25,811 nt of DNA from a virus. Taxonomy: Duplodnaviria > Caudoviricetes. Under the pieces are notes generated by a model, which saw only the letters and a program-made list of their open reading frames with translations, was not told the DNA's origin and did no database searches. Of the stretch, positions 16,144 to 25,811 are shown piece after piece. The position numbers were made by a program, and so were the translations under genes. Within the stretch, counting starts at the first letter, position 1, and every line of letters starts with the position of its first letter. The DNA is taken from IMG/VR virus record IMGVR_UViG_3300025117_000213, positions 1-25,811 of that record, one strand, 5' to 3'.

Positions 16144-18857
16144 TGGCAATTAAGGAACTAGTATCTCAAGAAGATTTAGTATTCTATGAGATTATGAAAA
16201 ACCCGGTCTTGTTTGGTGAGTTTGTATATAACATGGACCGGTTAGATAGAGAAGAGAAATTTGCTTTTACTGTATACCAAAAGGAATTTCTTCTTGATGT
16301 TAGTAACTACCAATCATTAGCCTGTGGTAGGGCAGTTGGAAAGTGCGTCCACGAGTCTGCTATGATTATGAACCCGGACACGGGAGAGTATCTTTCTGCT
16401 AAGGAATGGTATGAGTCCACGAGATTGCATAATATATTATCTATTAACCAAGATTGGAAGCAGGAAGTAAATGAGTGCTTTGTTGAATATAATGGGACAC
16501 AAGATTGCTATGAAATTGAAACTGATAAGGGTCTCAAAACAGTAGTAACCAAAGAACATCCGTTCCTAACAAATAGTGGGTTTGTTAACGCCGATAGGCT
16601 AGAGGTAGGTAACTACTTGGCCGTGGCTAAAAATACCCCATATTTTGGGGTTGAGTCCGCAGATGATATAGAATATATAACTCTGGCACATTTTATTGCC
16701 GAGGGGACATATTACTGCGGATCTATAACTACGACAGAGCCGGAAGTTTTCGAAGATCTTAAGAAAATCGCGGAGTATTTTGGGTGTAACTTGCGTGTAA
16801 AGGATATAACATACTTTATCTCAAAAAAAGACCCGAAAATAAAAAACCAATACCTTAGCTTCTTATCTACTCATGGACTAAGATCATGTCATTCCTATGA
16901 TAAGTTTGTACCAGAACTGGTTTTTAAATCAAAAAAAGGAAAAGTAGCATTATTCCTCAATAGGTTGTTTGGGGATGACGGTTGGTGCACAGCTAATGAG
17001 GTGGGCTACTGCTCTACTTCAGAAAGATTAGCACGGGATGTACAACATCTTCTATTCAGGTTTGGGGTGTTCGCTTCATTAGCTTATAAAAAGAACCCCT
17101 ATCTTGGTGCTTGGTGCCTTTCGATAAAAGGTGTGGAGAATGTTCAACTTTTCCGTGAAAATATTGGTATTTTTACAAAACGAAAATCTAAAAAGTTAGA
17201 AGAGCTTTTACAGTGGTATCTTACAGAAAAACCACATAACCAGGCAAAAGTATACCCAATACTGTCTTATAGAGCTTATAGAAAAACTCGATCACGGTCA
17301 ACGGGGCACCTTAAATATTTTCCAACGGACGAAACCATTAATAAGGTTGTAAATGTTGATGCTGAGCTTTCTAAGTTTATAAACGCTGATATAAACTGGG
17401 TGCGGGTAAAAAACATAAGGCTTGTGGAAAAACAAGAAACTTATTCTATAACCGTTCCCCATAATAGTACACATCTAATTGATAATATTTGGTCACATAA
17501 TACGGTCAGCCTATCAACGCTGATGATTTGGTATCTTGTATTTAATGTATTTCCAAACGATTATATCCTATATACAGTTCCTTCTAAGGTTCATCTGGAA
17601 CCTGTGTTTACTAATCTTATTCGGTTATTCAGAAGTAATTCTTTTCTAAAACAATTCATTGAACCTCGGGGTGGTATTAACGGGTCAGATTATACAGTCA
17701 AACTGTTGAATCAAGCTACTCTTTTATGTCGTATTGCAGGACAAAGTGGAACCGGTGCTAATGTAATTGGTTTACATACCCCGGTTATATTGTTAGATGA
17801 GAGTGGCTACTACGCCCACAGAGTTTTTCAGGAATTACAGCCCTCTTTGAATACTTTTACTCCTGGATTTAAACTTCTAACTTCAGGCGTACCTACTGGC
17901 CTACGAGAAGGAAATGTTCTTTACCATACCGATCAAGAAAACTCAAGCTACTCTAAGCACAGGGTTTCCGCCCTTCAAAATCCACGTTTTTCTGAAGAAG
18001 ATAGACAACGTGCTCTTGAACAATATGGTGGGGAAGATTCTGAAGATTACATTCATTTTGTTCTCGGGTTGCATGGAAAACCTGTATTTTCTCTCTTTGA
18101 TCGTGGAGCTTTTGAGATTATTAATAACCCGGTTTATAAATTGGTTATTAATGGGTGGGAAATTTCTGAGAACATTGATGATTATATCACCCGTGCAAAC
18201 TTAATCCCACAAATCCCAGACAAGTCTTATAAATGCATTATAGGGATTGACTTAGGTTATACGGAACCAACAGCAATTATTATTCTATATCAAGATGGCT
18301 ACGGAAGAATTAAATTCCACGCTCGTATTACCCTAAATAAAGTATCCTACACCATTCAGGATCGGTTTATTGACCTTCTTGATTCTAAGTTTAAACCCTA
18401 TATTATTGGTATAGATGAGGGTGGTGTTGGTAAGCCGGTTGTCCAAAGATTGAAAGAATCCTTAGACTATGCCCATAAGGATTATCATAAAAGACTGATA
18501 CCGATCAATTTCTCTACTGCTATTGTTATGGGAACAAATTCAGATGGTGAGGAGATTAAAACTAAAACAAAACCCCTAGCTGTTTCAGTATTACAAGAAT
18601 ACGCTAATAACCATAAAGTCGTATTTTCTAGTACAGATTTTGAAATGGTTACGGAACTTGAGAGAATGACTTATTCTAAAACAGTAACTGGGGAAATTGT
18701 TTATAAAACGCTCACCGAGCGAGGAGGTAAGAAAGGCGAAGACCACTTCACAGCAGCCCTCCTATGTGCGATACTAGCCTACTATCTAGTCCATGAAACT
18801 ATGGACTTCACAAAAAAGCGACAGAAGCTAATGAAAAGCTCTTGGTTCGCAGGATAA
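16143..18857 (+). CDS. terL: Terminase large subunit, interrupted by an intein
   Basis: YQ adenine motif, Walker A GRAVGK|T, Walker B ILLDES, GVP coupling region, nuclease motifs IGIDLG, IGIDEGGVG and EDH; directly upstream of the portal gene. Confidence 0.93.
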   Translation: MAIKELVSQEDLVFYEIMKNPVLFGEFVYNMDRLDREEKFAFTVYQKEFLLDVSNYQSLACGRAVGKCVHESAMIMNPDTGEYLSAKEWYESTRLHNILSINQDWKQEVNECFVEYNGTQDCYEIETDKGLKTVVTKEHPFLTNSGFVNADRLEVGNYLAVAKNTPYFGVESADDIEYITLAHFIAEGTYYCGSITTTEPEVFEDLKKIAEYFGCNLRVKDITYFISKKDPKIKNQYLSFLSTHGLRSCHSYDKFVPELVFKSKKGKVALFLNRLFGDDGWCTANEVGYCSTSERLARDVQHLLFRFGVFASLAYKKNPYLGAWCLSIKGVENVQLFRENIGIFTKRKSKKLEELLQWYLTEKPHNQAKVYPILSYRAYRKTRSRSTGHLKYFPTDETINKVVNVDAELSKFINADINWVRVKNIRLVEKQETYSITVPHNSTHLIDNIWSHNTVSLSTLMIWYLVFNVFPNDYILYTVPSKVHLEPVFTNLIRLFRSNSFLKQFIEPRGGINGSDYTVKLLNQATLLCRIAGQSGTGANVIGLHTPVILLDESGYYAHRVFQELQPSLNTFTPGFKLLTSGVPTGLREGNVLYHTDQENSSYSKHRVSALQNPRFSEEDRQRALEQYGGEDSEDYIHFVLGLHGKPVFSLFDRGAFEIINNPVYKLVINGWEISENIDDYITRANLIPQIPDKSYKCIIGIDLGYTEPTAIIILYQDGYGRIKFHARITLNKVSYTIQDRFIDLLDSKFKPYIIGIDEGGVGKPVVQRLKESLDYAHKDYHKRLIPINFSTAIVMGTNSDGEEIKTKTKPLAVSVLQEYANNHKVVFSSTDFEMVTELERMTYSKTVTGEIVYKTLTERGGKKGEDHFTAALLCAILAYYLVHETMDFTKKRQKLMKSSWFAG
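16344..17501 (+). mobile_element. Intein (386 aa) with LAGLIDADG homing endonuclease
   Basis: Starts CVHES, block B TKEHPF, LAHFIAEG and FLNRLFGDDG motifs, block H STSERLARDVQHLL, ends SHN followed by Thr. Confidence 0.95.
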
Positions 18858-18863
18858 CAAATT

Positions 18864-20369
18864 ATGGAACGAATAGAAAAAAGTCAGTTAGCTAAGGCAC
18901 AATATAGCTTCATGACGTCTCCCAGCTCTACTCCGTGGGGTCCTCAAGACATAGATAAAATGGATTCGGCTCCGCACAAAAACTACGGAGAGGTAGTAAA
19001 GGAGTGCAGGTTCTTTTACAGAAAAGATCCAATTGCTGGTACAGTTGTAGATAAACTAATTGAAATTGGTATTACGGATTTGGTCATCAGCAAGGGAAAA
19101 CTTTCCCCGAATGAACTGAAAATCTTTACGGCTGTAAAGGATAAGCTACAAGAGTTTGCTGAGACCTGTGCTGTTGAATATCTTTTAACCGGTTTAGTTT
19201 ATCCCGAAGTAAAATTTGCAAGCCTTCCAACCTCTGATTTCAGAGAATACGGGATTAAGAAGATGTCTACCATCTCCGTCCCTGTTTCTATGTGGGTCAG
19301 AGACTCTTCGACAATTAAAATCAATTCCCCAGAACAATCAGATATGCTGTCCTACTATCTAGTTGTTCCCGATAAGACCATCTTCTTTATTACAAATAAA
19401 GGTATGTATCCGGATGGTACTACAGATGTACCTTTGTACGAAAAATGGTTAAAATACTATCCAGTATTTGTAGCTGAGGTTCGTAAGGGAACTAAAGAAT
19501 TCAAGCTAGAACCTGAATATACTGTATCTCGAAGAAAACCGCTGGCAGATAGTAGCTACCCAACGCCCTATCTCCATGCTGCACTTGAGAGTCTAAAACA
19601 TAAACGAAACCTAAAAAGACTGGACTACTCCCTGGCAGCTAGGGCGATTGGTGCTATTCAGCAGTTCAAAGTTGGTAGTGATGATTTTCCAGTAACGGAA
19701 GACGAGTCGGAAACATTCCAGAGTCTGAAAGATCAGATGACCTATAGAAATTCTGGTGGACGCGATCTCGAGCGGATTTTCCAGTTGTTCACAAACCATA
19801 CTGTAGAAATCAAGTGGGTCTATCCCCCATTGGAACCCATCCTAGATGATAAGAAATATATTGGTGTGAACGAAGATATTTTCTATTCTCTTGGATTTCC
19901 TCGGATTCTGACCACTGGCGAATCACAAAGATCTGGTACCTCAGAACCGGAATATGCTACTCTCTCTCCTGTAAAAACTATGAACAATATGCAGAGAAAG
20001 ATTTTACAGATTATTAAAGATATTGTCAAAAGAATTGCTACCGAGAATAATCTTAGTGATTATCCGGAAGTTAGATTCAAACCCATTTCTCTGCATAGCT
20101 TTGTAAACTTTATCGAAGGTCTCCGTAATCTCTATGATACTGGAAACCTGAGCCGCTCGACTTATGTTGATGCTTTCGGCTATGTTTTCGAAGATGAAGC
20201 AAAGCAATTGAGTGATGATAAAGATACTATGAAAAGCTACGGGTTGGATGATTTCGCACCGAAACCATACTCCAATCAACCCGGAGCACCTAAACAACCA
20301 GAAACGCCGCAAGATAAGCCAAAAACGGCTGAAAACACTAATAAAACGGCTGGAGTGAGCAATGAATAG
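18864..20369 (+). CDS. Portal protein
   Basis: 501 aa directly after terL; FYRKDPIAGTVVD N-terminal helix, GNLSRST near the end, low-complexity tail. Confidence 0.8.
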   Translation: MERIEKSQLAKAQYSFMTSPSSTPWGPQDIDKMDSAPHKNYGEVVKECRFFYRKDPIAGTVVDKLIEIGITDLVISKGKLSPNELKIFTAVKDKLQEFAETCAVEYLLTGLVYPEVKFASLPTSDFREYGIKKMSTISVPVSMWVRDSSTIKINSPEQSDMLSYYLVVPDKTIFFITNKGMYPDGTTDVPLYEKWLKYYPVFVAEVRKGTKEFKLEPEYTVSRRKPLADSSYPTPYLHAALESLKHKRNLKRLDYSLAARAIGAIQQFKVGSDDFPVTEDESETFQSLKDQMTYRNSGGRDLERIFQLFTNHTVEIKWVYPPLEPILDDKKYIGVNEDIFYSLGFPRILTTGESQRSGTSEPEYATLSPVKTMNNMQRKILQIIKDIVKRIATENNLSDYPEVRFKPISLHSFVNFIEGLRNLYDTGNLSRSTYVDAFGYVFEDEAKQLSDDKDTMKSYGLDDFAPKPYSNQPGAPKQPETPQDKPKTAENTNKTAGVSNE

Positions 20370-21369
20370 AGCAATTTTTACCACAAAACAGCTAGAATTG
20401 GTACAATATAAACTAGAGGGAGAAGAGAGTACAGATGGCGAAGCTGTCGCCGCTCTGTCTTTGAATCCATCCTATATGTGGGCAAAGTTTATCCTTACGG
20501 ATGACAAACCCAATGAAAACAAGCAACGGGTTCCTAAAGAGGAATTCGCCAATTTAATAAAGTCGGGTATCTTTGCACCTGTCAAGATGATGTTTGGACG
20601 GATCAATGAGACCCACGATGAGGCCCATCCTCTAGGTGTTATTACCCATCTTCGGGACATTGGGGATAAGATTGAAGGGATTGCCGCATTGTGGACTCGA
20701 GAACGAGAAGAGGACGTTGCCCTCATCAAAGATCTAGTTGAAACCGGACAATACCCGCAACTCTCTTGGGAAATCATGTTTGATAATTCCCAAACCGAGG
20801 AAGATGGAATTGAGACTCTAAAAGATACTACCTTGCGTGGTATCACACTGGTTTCAATGCCAGCTTATGCAGGAAGAACTCCAATCTTTGCTGCGGCTTC
20901 GAAAAATTCTGCTGTGGAGGATATAAGAGTGGAAGAACTAGAACTTCTGAAGAAACAGCTAGAAGATACTAATGTAGGTCTAGCTGAAAAAGATGCGAAG
21001 GTTTCCGAACTCTCCGCCGCCCTGGAAGTAAAGGATAGTGAGTTGATCGAACTGCGTGAGTTTAAGGCCAGCGTTGTGAAAGAACGCGAAGAATCTGAAA
21101 AACTCGCTGCTATCAAAACTCGCTTTTCTGAAGCTGGTCTGAACAAAGACGAGAGCTTCTTCAGTGAGAAGAAATCACTGCTTTTAGGTCTGACGGAGGA
21201 AGCGTTGGATTTCATGGTACAAGAGATGATCTCCTTTGCGTCCGTAACCAAAGAAACAAAAGCGTCTACAAAAATCGAACTGCCTAATCTGAGTAATTTA
21301 GAAGATAATGCTCAGTATGACGATCCCAAAGCTTTGGGCCTGGCTCTTCGAGAAAAATACATCAAGTAA
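20362..21369 (+). CDS. Prohead protease fused to scaffold coiled coil
   Basis: NENKQR, H..H.LG, LSWEI and GITLVSMPAY (HK97/herpes-like protease pattern), followed by an acidic coiled coil. Confidence 0.75.
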   Translation: MNRAIFTTKQLELVQYKLEGEESTDGEAVAALSLNPSYMWAKFILTDDKPNENKQRVPKEEFANLIKSGIFAPVKMMFGRINETHDEAHPLGVITHLRDIGDKIEGIAALWTREREEDVALIKDLVETGQYPQLSWEIMFDNSQTEEDGIETLKDTTLRGITLVSMPAYAGRTPIFAAASKNSAVEDIRVEELELLKKQLEDTNVGLAEKDAKVSELSAALEVKDSELIELREFKASVVKEREESEKLAAIKTRFSEAGLNKDESFFSEKKSLLLGLTEEALDFMVQEMISFASVTKETKASTKIELPNLSNLEDNAQYDDPKALGLALREKYIK

Positions 21370-21381
21370 GAGGTAGAAACA

Positions 21382-21951
21382 ATGGAAATTAATCATTTTG
21401 GTAACACTGTTCTTGGTGTTGTTCCTACTGCCGATGTGGTTGAAGGTCGCATGGTCGTACTGACCAGCCAAACTTTTAGCTACGATTTTGGTAGTCGCTC
21501 TGACCTGCCTGGTTGTAAGGTTCCGGCTACCGCCGCTGAATCTACCCGGGCTCGTTATTGCGTTACCTGGGCGCAGGACAATCGCCAGACCCCGATTTAC
21601 CAGCCTGTTCCCTCCTATACCTATGCTTTACGCAATGGATGGGATCAGACTAGTAACGTTCCGTTTTCCGCGACTGTGTACCTCACCCAGCCCGGTCATC
21701 AGGAAGGCTTGACCATTCCAAGTGGTGTGCCTTCTCTGGCTTTTGGTGAGGGTATCTACACTGTACCGTCTGGTGCCTATGTTTATAGTGCTGAAGTGGA
21801 AATTCCTGGCAGCCCCCTGGCTGCTTGTAACACCGCCGAAGACGTTGCTGGTACCGAAGGTATGCTGAAGTATTCTTTAACCAATCCTGTTGCTGAAGTT
21901 TACCAGTACGAATCTGCGACTGGCAAGCTGACCTTCAAGATTTTACACTAA
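21382..21951 (+). CDS. Capsid decoration/cement protein
   Basis: Beta-rich 189-aa protein between scaffold and MCP; GAGG SD; codon style shared with the MCP gene. Confidence 0.6.
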   Translation: MEINHFGNTVLGVVPTADVVEGRMVVLTSQTFSYDFGSRSDLPGCKVPATAAESTRARYCVTWAQDNRQTPIYQPVPSYTYALRNGWDQTSNVPFSATVYLTQPGHQEGLTIPSGVPSLAFGEGIYTVPSGAYVYSAEVEIPGSPLAACNTAEDVAGTEGMLKYSLTNPVAEVYQYESATGKLTFKILH

Positions 21952-21966
21952 TCGGAGGATTCCTCA

Positions 21967-22875
21967 ATGGAAGACACTAAATTAAAGGAAGCTTTTGCAG
22001 CGGCTGCTAAGGATCGTAATAAACGGGATGCTTTGGCTGCAATTATCACTGAGTTCGTTCAGCCCAACCACATTGCGGTTGACTTTATGAGTATGCTGCT
22101 CGACTCTCGCTCTCTGCAACCCGGTGATAGCCTGGTTGTGAAGCAGCGCAAGGGTATGAAAGTTCGGACGCTTGTCCCCGGTTCCATCCATCTTGGTAGT
22201 GAGATTACCGTTACGGAACGTATGAACTATGTTCTGGACGGTGCTAATATCAAAGTTGGTTGGGGTGCTTGGGATATGGAATCCGGTGAAATTGGTACCC
22301 TGTCCGATATTCGTGGAGAAATGGCTGCGAAGATGCGTGATTATTTTATGAATAAGATTTTCACTGCTTTGACCACAGTCTGGACTGCTGCGAATACTCC
22401 TGACAACTTCACCCAGGTTGCTACCGCCGTCACCGCTACCGCCCTGGAAGATGCTATTGACAATATCAATCAGACCGCTGGCGGTGTGAAAGCCGTCGTT
22501 GGTATCCGTTCTCTGATGACCCCGATCACCAAGTTCGGTGCTTTCTGGGACAATGGCTCGGGTACTACGGTTGGCGTTGATGGTCAGTTGGCTGAAGTTG
22601 TGGCTCGCGGTTCTCTGGGTCGCTATTATGGTGCCCCCTTGATTGCTTTGAATCAGCAATGGGATAACCCTGAAGATCATAACACCCTGCTCCCCACGGA
22701 TAAGATCCTGGTGATCGGTAACAATGTTGGTGACTTCATTACCTACGGTGATGTTCGCACCAAGATGTGGGATGATATGGCCCCCACTCCCCCGTACACT
22801 TGGCTGGAAATGTATCAGCAGTTCGGTCTGTTGATTTCGAAGGCTGAGGGTATTCACGTAATCAAGATTGTCTAA
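21967..22875 (+). CDS. Major capsid protein (HK97 fold expected)
   Basis: Position, GGAGG SD, 302 aa, LGRYYGAPLI and C-terminal QFG...EGIHVIKIV patterns, downstream hairpin. Confidence 0.85.
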   Translation: MEDTKLKEAFAAAAKDRNKRDALAAIITEFVQPNHIAVDFMSMLLDSRSLQPGDSLVVKQRKGMKVRTLVPGSIHLGSEITVTERMNYVLDGANIKVGWGAWDMESGEIGTLSDIRGEMAAKMRDYFMNKIFTALTTVWTAANTPDNFTQVATAVTATALEDAIDNINQTAGGVKAVVGIRSLMTPITKFGAFWDNGSGTTVGVDGQLAEVVARGSLGRYYGAPLIALNQQWDNPEDHNTLLPTDKILVIGNNVGDFITYGDVRTKMWDDMAPTPPYTWLEMYQQFGLLISKAEGIHVIKIV

Positions 22876-22884
22876 GGACTAAGT

Positions 22885-22925
22885 TGGGGGAGGGTTTAGG
22901 CCCTCCCCCACTAAAATTTTTCTTT
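22885..22925 (+). terminator. Intrinsic terminator/stabilising hairpin after the MCP gene
   Basis: TGGGGGAGGG-tttagg-CCCTCCCCCA (10-bp stem) followed by ctaaaatttttcttt. Confidence 0.75.
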
Positions 22926-22943
22926 GAAAGGATATGTAAATTA

Positions 22944-23441
22944 ATGCAACAGGATATTATTGATTCAGTAGTTTTTTCGAAAATGCAGGTGAATGAACCC
23001 TATGCTAGTTACAAGAAAACCACTGTTGGCAAGGTTCATGTTATGGTAATCAACCCGTGGTCGAATAAACCTGAAGGACGTATTCTTAAGGGTGATCCTC
23101 GTAAACTCGAGGATGATATGATCGTTGATACCTGGTCAGAACAACAGGATACTTATTTTACTCGGATGAATCGGCAGCTTTTCAATATCGGTGCAATTAT
23201 CAAATTCAACCGTCCAACCACGGTTCCTGAACGTAGCCCGAATGAGATGACTGACGCAGAAGTTGCAGAAGCCGTAAATTTCCAGTACCTGAAGCTGACC
23301 TCCCTGTTGAATAAGATCACCGCCGAAGCTACCGTAAAGCGTCTTCTGGATACAGCAGAAGCTGAAGGTAAATCAGCAAAAATGCAGAAAGCAATTGAAG
23401 CACGGCTTGCAGAGATCCAGCGAGCCGAGTTTGGTGAGTAA
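22944..23441 (+). CDS. Hypothetical protein following the MCP gene
   Basis: Start moved to ATG 22944 (GAAAGGA SD; the track start lies in the hairpin); TAATG coupling to the next gene. Confidence 0.7.
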   Translation: MQQDIIDSVVFSKMQVNEPYASYKKTTVGKVHVMVINPWSNKPEGRILKGDPRKLEDDMIVDTWSEQQDTYFTRMNRQLFNIGAIIKFNRPTTVPERSPNEMTDAEVAEAVNFQYLKLTSLLNKITAEATVKRLLDTAEAEGKSAKMQKAIEARLAEIQRAEFGE

Positions 23442-23947
23442 TGCCAATTTCCGTAGCCACGAACTTAGATTACTTAATTGAAGATTTAAGGGTTCAGCTT
23501 GGTGATACCGATTCTACAGCGTATCGCTACTTAGATGAGTGGCTTAGAACGTCATTAGTTATGGGTGTTAAAGCCCTCCAACGGTGGTGGAATTATAAGT
23601 ATCTGATTGACGATACTTATAATATTTATAGGAATCCTGGTGGGACCTATATTTTCCCTAACCCCCCTATTATCGAACCTGGTGATGAAAGACCCATTGT
23701 TTTAATGTCCTCAATTGTAACAAAAGAGGGTACATTACAAGGTAGTGCATGGACTGTTGGTAGCTGGAAGGACGCAGAGATTTCTTACTCTAATATTGAA
23801 GCATCAAAATTGCGTCAAGCCTCTTTGGCTAAGGACTGGGAAGAGTTAACCTCGATTCTAAAAATCCCACAGAAAAAGTTACTAAACAGTTACAAGTCTA
23901 CTCTTCCAGGATTTAAGGATAACCCATACGAAGTAAATGGGAAATGA
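23441..23947 (+). CDS. Head-tail adaptor/connector protein
   Basis: LIEDLRVQLGDTD...YLDEWL motif typical of adaptor N-termini; position. Confidence 0.6.
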   Translation: MPISVATNLDYLIEDLRVQLGDTDSTAYRYLDEWLRTSLVMGVKALQRWWNYKYLIDDTYNIYRNPGGTYIFPNPPIIEPGDERPIVLMSSIVTKEGTLQGSAWTVGSWKDAEISYSNIEASKLRQASLAKDWEELTSILKIPQKKLLNSYKSTLPGFKDNPYEVNGK

Positions 23948-23959
23948 AAGGAATAGGAA

Positions 23960-25132
23960 GTGAAAAAAGTTTTGATTATTGCGGACAGCCCGTCAACTCC
24001 GACAGGCTTTAGTCAAGTTATTCATAATATCTTTAAGAACCTTACAAATAAATACGAGCTAATTCAGTTGGGTGTGAATTACTTTGGTGATCCACATGAA
24101 ATTGAATGGCCTATCTACCCAGCCTCTATTCGAGGGGATATCTGGGGATTTAGTCGGATTCCGGAGCTCGTAGCGAAAAAGCCGGATTTGATTTTTATTT
24201 TGAATGATGTTTGGGTTATTGCCAAATATCTGAAGGAAATCAAGAAGGCATATGATAAACAGATTCTCCCGAACATTGTCGTTTATTTCCCCGTAGACTC
24301 GTCAGAATTTGACCCGGAGTGGTTCACCGATTTCGATATTGTGAATAGGGCGGTTGTTTATACAAAGTTCGGTTACGATGTTGTAAGGACAGCAGTTCCT
24401 CAAATGGAACTGGATATCGTTCCTCATGGGATCAATAAAAAGCACTTCTGCAAGTTGTTTAGAACTCAAGAAGAAAAGCAAGCCCTGAAGAAGATTCTGT
24501 ACCCAGATCGGGAAGACTTTTACAACTCTTTTATTGTACTGAATCGTAACCGAAACCAGCCTAGAAAGAAGATTGATGCTACTATTGAGGGCTTTGCACA
24601 ATTTGCAAAGAATAAACCTGAGAATGTAAAACTCCATCTTCATATGGGACTAAAGGATGCAGGATGGGATATCGCCAAACTTTGTAGACGTTTTGGTGTT
24701 GAAGAGCGTCTCATTGTAACAAACGGGACTCGACAAATACAAACCGTCCCTGTTGCTAAACTTAACTTAATTGCAAATGCCTCGGACGTGGGTGTTAATA
24801 CCTCCTTTGGCGAGGGTTGGGGTCTTTGTAATGCTGAAGATGCCTCCGTTGGGATTCCCCAAATTGTTCCAGATAACAGCGCATCTGCTGAATTGTTTAG
24901 AGATATTGGTCTACTGATTCCAATCTCTTTATGGACCCGTCAACCGGATACTATGACCCTCGGTGGGTTAGTTTCTGCTGACGGGCTTGCTCAAAATCTT
25001 GAGGAACTTTATCAGCAACCGGGGTTATATGCCAATCTGGCACTTCTATCAGAAGAGAAGTTTAATAATCCCATCTATGATTGGGAGAATGTCTCAGCTA
25101 GATTTGCTACAATTTTCGATGAGGTATTGTGA
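23960..25132 (+). CDS. Glycosyltransferase family 4 (GT-B)
   Basis: IADSPSTPTGF, VPHGIN, NRNQPRK, ANASDV, SFGEGWGLCNAEDASVGIPQI (EX7E). Confidence 0.92.
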   Translation: MKKVLIIADSPSTPTGFSQVIHNIFKNLTNKYELIQLGVNYFGDPHEIEWPIYPASIRGDIWGFSRIPELVAKKPDLIFILNDVWVIAKYLKEIKKAYDKQILPNIVVYFPVDSSEFDPEWFTDFDIVNRAVVYTKFGYDVVRTAVPQMELDIVPHGINKKHFCKLFRTQEEKQALKKILYPDREDFYNSFIVLNRNRNQPRKKIDATIEGFAQFAKNKPENVKLHLHMGLKDAGWDIAKLCRRFGVEERLIVTNGTRQIQTVPVAKLNLIANASDVGVNTSFGEGWGLCNAEDASVGIPQIVPDNSASAELFRDIGLLIPISLWTRQPDTMTLGGLVSADGLAQNLEELYQQPGLYANLALLSEEKFNNPIYDWENVSARFATIFDEVL

Positions 25133-25575
25133 CCTATATCGTTTTTCCAAGTAATACTGTAGATATTATCGACTCCATTCGTGGAGCTATTGGGAGAATT
25201 GCTACATTCAATGTTGTAGCTTCCTCTGTGGCTTGCACTACTTGTGGGGTTGACCCCATTACAGGGGATGCGCTCGATGCTTTTTGTCCTACCTGTTCTG
25301 GAGAGGGATATATCTATACCTACAGTGGGACAGAAATCTCAGGACATATTACTTGGGGTGTTTCTGAATTACTTGGATGGGAACGTGGTGGACAAACCGA
25401 TGTCGGGGATTGTAGAGTTCAAATTAAATATACTGTAGCCAATGAAGCAACTGTAAATGATGCGATATCAGTAACAGTTGATAATAGGACTATGGACATT
25501 AAATCGAGAATCTTACGCGGTGTACCCGAGATTAATAGGATTCTCGTGGATTGTGTAGAAAGGGATAAAAACTGA
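25129..25575 (+). CDS. Putative head-closure/neck protein with zinc finger
   Basis: CTTC...CPTCSGEG followed by a beta-rich body; GTGA coupling; position in the neck region. Confidence 0.5.
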   Translation: MTYIVFPSNTVDIIDSIRGAIGRIATFNVVASSVACTTCGVDPITGDALDAFCPTCSGEGYIYTYSGTEISGHITWGVSELLGWERGGQTDVGDCRVQIKYTVANEATVNDAISVTVDNRTMDIKSRILRGVPEINRILVDCVERDKN

Positions 25576-25799
25576 TGAGTAATGGTATAATTATTCAAGG
25601 TGTGGATGCAGAAGATATCATAAAATTTATTTCCTCAAAGAACAAGAAAATGCAGGCAATTTTCTTAAAACAGCTTGAGGATGCGCTTGGGCCTGAAACC
25701 CAAGAATTTAGAGCGGTTAGAAAACTATTTCTTGATTACTCTAATGGATATAAAAGAGCAGTTCTTTCAGCAGTATTTGGTGATGTAGAGCGAGAATAA
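25575..25799 (+). CDS. Small hypothetical protein
   Basis: TGATG coupling, 74 aa, helical. Confidence 0.6.
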   Translation: MSNGIIIQGVDAEDIIKFISSKNKKMQAIFLKQLEDALGPETQEFRAVRKLFLDYSNGYKRAVLSAVFGDVERE

Positions 25800-25811
25800 A
25801 CATGGCTGATG

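Noticed and set aside
21982-22857. 291-aa ORF antisense to the major capsid gene
   Set aside because: It mirrors the MCP frame, as expected from the biased codon usage of a highly expressed gene; it has no recognisable motifs.
10018-24643. Short - strand or alternate-frame ORFs in the right arm (e.g. 20004-20384, 20472-20846, 17914-18204)
   Set aside because: They lie within convincing genes and have no motifs.

Overview
This window is a fragment of a tailed dsDNA phage genome (Caudoviricetes-like; no integrase or host genes seen). It has two divergent, tightly packed arms separated by a control region at ~9064-9341. The left arm (- strand, 1-9063) is a replication/recombination module: family A DNA polymerase, RecA, zinc-binding SSB-like protein, DnaB helicase, Hjc-type resolvase, UvsY-like protein, Cas4/RecB-like nuclease, HTH proteins and a truncated DEDD exonuclease. 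The right arm (+ strand, 9342-end) is the packaging/head module: zinc-finger proteins, a candidate small terminase, an intein-containing large terminase, portal, protease/scaffold, decoration protein, major capsid protein and head-completion proteins. The main finding is a translationally coupled 8-gene glycan cassette (ATP-grasp ligase, HAD phosphatase, TylF and FkbM methyltransferases, DUF4254/6165-like protein, perosamine-synthase-like aminotransferase, GT9-like and GT2 glycosyltransferases) directly in front of terL. A GT4 gene also sits among the head-completion genes. Together these form a candidate phage-encoded virion glycosylation system with its own amino-sugar tailoring. Non-coding signals include a multi-stem RNA leader on polA, a 75-nt tRNA-like element, and a 20-bp palindrome repeated 7.8 kb away. 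All protein calls come from motifs recognised by eye; no searches were run.
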